This document shows positions 51,581 through 53,556 of a stretch of DNA of 53,556 nt, in pieces; the first letter of the stretch is position 1, and each line of letters begins with the position of its first letter. The translations under genes were made by a program, and so were the position numbers. The stretch is from the IMG/VR virus record IMGVR_UViG_3300004184_000007, positions 1-53,556 of that record; one strand, given 5' to 3'. Below the pieces are notes generated by a model. It was given only the letters and a program-made list of their open reading frames with translations, had not been told where the DNA came from and made no database searches. This DNA comes from a virus (Duplodnaviria > Caudoviricetes).

Positions 51581-52329
51581 ACACTCCCCGCGCCCTCGGC
51601 TGGCACCCGCCCGAGTCCCGCGGTCGCGCCCCTCACCAGGGCCTCCGCGTCGCCACCCCAGGCGGCTTCGCCGCGCTGCGCCCCGAGGTGCTGCTCGAGC
51701 ACCTGCCGCCGGTCTACGACCAGGGCTCCGTCGGCTCCTGCACCGCGCAGGCCCTCGCGTGCGCCGTCGAGGCGCTGCTCCCGCGCGCCGGGTACGCGGC
51801 CGAGCGGCCCGACCGCGCGATGCTCTACCGCCGCGAGCGCGACATGATCGGCACGCCCTACGAGGACTCCGGCGCGATCCTCGCCGACGGCGTCGAGGCG
51901 CTGCGGCGCGGCTGGGAGCCCGAGGCCATCGAGCCCCCGCCCTTCTTCGACCGCAGCTGGCGCGAGCAGGCACCCACCCTCCCGGCGACGGCGCCGCGGC
52001 TGGTGTCCGCCGAAGCGCTCGACTTCGACGCGTTGACGATCGCGACGGAGCTGGACGCGGGGCACGTCGTCGTGGTCGGGCTCAGCGTCACCGAGCAGTG
52101 GTCTGCGGCCTGGGGCGTCGAGGCGCTCCCGGAGCCCGGCGGCCGGGTGATCGGCGGGCACGCCGTGGCGCTGGTGGGCTACAGCCTCCCGCGCCGCTGC
52201 TGGGTCGTGCGCAACAGCTGGGGCCCGCAGTGGGGCACGGGTGGCAGCGCGCTCCTCCCGTGGGCATGGACGGAGATGCCCTGGTGCGGCGAGGCGCACA
52301 GCCTCCGCGCCGTGCGGAGGGCATCGTGA
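51574..52329 (+). CDS. C1 (papain-like) cysteine protease
   Basis: DQGSVGSCTA (Q, C), GGHAVALVGY (H), VRNSWG..WG (N). Confidence 0.92.
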   Translation: MLNTPRALGWHPPESRGRAPHQGLRVATPGGFAALRPEVLLEHLPPVYDQGSVGSCTAQALACAVEALLPRAGYAAERPDRAMLYRRERDMIGTPYEDSGAILADGVEALRRGWEPEAIEPPPFFDRSWREQAPTLPATAPRLVSAEALDFDALTIATELDAGHVVVVGLSVTEQWSAAWGVEALPEPGGRVIGGHAVALVGYSLPRRCWVVRNSWGPQWGTGGSALLPWAWTEMPWCGEAHSLRAVRRAS

Positions 52330-52526
52330 GGCGCGCCCTCGTGCTGGCGCTCCTGCTCTCGGGCTGCGCCGACGCCGTGCGCATCTCCGTTGCCGCGGGC
52401 CGGGTGGTCTGCGGCGCCCTCGGGTGCCCGTGCACGTCGGCCGCGTCGAGCGGCGGCGCGCTGCTGGGCTTCGACGTGTACCCCGACGGCGGGGTGCGGC
52501 CGGTCTACGCGGGAGAGGGACGATGA
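52326..52526 (+). CDS. Small lipoprotein (o-spanin-like candidate)
   Basis: VRRALVLALLLSG-C lipobox; GTGA and ATGA coupling. Confidence 0.6.
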   Translation: MRRALVLALLLSGCADAVRISVAAGRVVCGALGCPCTSAASSGGALLGFDVYPDGGVRPVYAGEGR

Positions 52527-53556
52527 ACATCAACACCGTGATCGAGTCGGCCGAGAGCGTCGTGCAGGAGCAGCTCCGCAAGAGCGCTCCGCCGCGACCG
52601 CTCACCCGCCGCCACGCGCTCACCCTCTGGTCTGGCGACGGCCTGCCCTCGGCCGTGCAGGTCGCCACGCCGCTCCTGCTCGACGCGCGCCCCGCCGTCG
52701 TCCAGCTCCATGCGGGGCCCCAGGGCCTGCGCGACCACCTGCGCGCCGCGGCCTTCCGCGTGCGGGCGACGCTCCCCGACGTCGCGCTCTGGGTGGGCGT
52801 CGCCTGGGACGGCTGGGTGGACGAGGTCACCGCGGCGACGGTCGACCGCGTGATCGAGCGCGTGTACCTCCCGGCGGCGAAGGCCGCGCGGGACATCGGC
52901 GCCGAGCTGCTGGTGATCAACTCGGAGGCGGCGGGCAAGGTGCACCCCAAGGCCGCGCGGCTGCTCGCGTGCGTGGCCATCGACCGCATCCGCGCCGAGT
53001 GCCCGGGGCTGGCGATCGGCCACACGGCCTACGACCACCCGCACTACCACCCCGAAGAGCGCGACCACGGCGGGAAGATCGACCCCGACGAGGAGGGCTA
53101 CCCCTGGTCGGCCTACCTCGGCGGGGCGCAGGCGAAGGCCGCCGGCGTCGAGCTCCCGAAGAGCGGCCCCGTCGACCTCGAGCTGCCGCAGCGGTACGCC
53201 GCGCCCGCGAAGCCCGAGGGGCGGCCGCAGCCGATGGCGGGCGTCGGGTCGCTGCAGCGACGCATCGCGGGCTCCCGCGCCAGCTTCGCCCGCGCCGCGG
53301 CGCTTGGGTGGATCGACCCGGCCGTCCCGGTGCTCAGCTACGTCCAGGCGCACCACGTCGACGCGCGGGACACCGCGGCGGTCGGGGCCTCGCAGCCGCT
53401 GGCGCTCTGGGCGGCGCCGACGCGGCTCGACGACCACGGGCGGCGGGCGCTCCGGGTGCTCTGCGCGGCTGAGCGCGGGGAGCTCGGCGCGGACCTCGGG
53501 CAGACCGACTGGCCGGTGATCACCGCCTGGGCGCAGGGGCGCGTCGGGGCCGTGGG
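52523..53556 (+). CDS. Probable endolysin (TIM-barrel glycoside-hydrolase-like), truncated by window end
   Basis: ATG 52523 with GGGAGAGG SD, open to the end. LLVINSE, YPW.AY and LPQRY resemble GH25-like barrels; ends at AWAQGRVGAV, where a PG-binding domain could start. Confidence 0.55.
   Translation, partial: MNINTVIESAESVVQEQLRKSAPPRPLTRRHALTLWSGDGLPSAVQVATPLLLDARPAVVQLHAGPQGLRDHLRAAAFRVRATLPDVALWVGVAWDGWVDEVTAATVDRVIERVYLPAAKAARDIGAELLVINSEAAGKVHPKAARLLACVAIDRIRAECPGLAIGHTAYDHPHYHPEERDHGGKIDPDEEGYPWSAYLGGAQAKAAGVELPKSGPVDLELPQRYAAPAKPEGRPQPMAGVGSLQRRIAGSRASFARAAALGWIDPAVPVLSYVQAHHVDARDTAAVGASQPLALWAAPTRLDDHGRRALRVLCAAERGELGADLGQTDWPVITAWAQGRVGAV

Larger units (their letters stand above)
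1..53556. mobile_element. Temperate prophage (Mu-like myovirus morphogenesis genes, tyrosine integrase, tRNA att); right end truncated
   Basis: Canonical order att-int-xis-early left-immunity-replication-terminase-portal-capsid-sheath-tube-TMP-baseplate-lysis. Confidence 0.95.

Noticed and set aside
26-53556. Second att copy (attR)
   Set aside because: I saw no repeat of GGGTTCGAATCCCTCACCCCG; the window ends mid-gene, so attR presumably lies beyond it.

Overview
The window is an almost complete, very GC-rich temperate prophage, most likely from a myxobacterium (inferred from base composition and a myxobacterial-type Cys-rich lipoprotein). It starts in the 3' end of a tRNA (att site) and ends inside a probable endolysin, so the right att site is not visible. 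In order: (1) a tyrosine integrase (-), missing from the ORF track because it reads without a stop through the tRNA-derived att site, plus an excisionase-like gene; (2) a leftward early operon (DUF2303/YfdP-like pair, SSB, AAA_24/Sak4, Cas4-like nuclease, many small ORFs); (3) an ImmA-like metalloprotease / XRE repressor / Cro switch with nine 16-bp TGTAGC-N4-GCTACA-type operators, six of them inside a 65-bp triplication; (4) a rightward replication operon (CII-like, Myb-like, DEDDh exonuclease, DUF5664 dNTPase, SF2 helicase, VRR-NUC, DinG helicase, primase-helicase with an internal iteron origin); (5) Mu-like myovirus head and tail genes; (6) a lysis region carrying an Acb2/Tad1-like helical hairpin, a DUF6527-like Zn protein and a papain-like protease. 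The baseplate operon is interrupted twice by accessory genes. The best candidate for a new system is a TacT/AtaT-like GNAT toxin coupled to a TPR protein that ends in a TacA/DUF1778-like toxin-neutralising tail, possibly a sensor-triggered anti-phage toxin-antitoxin. All family calls are from motif recognition by eye; no searches were run.
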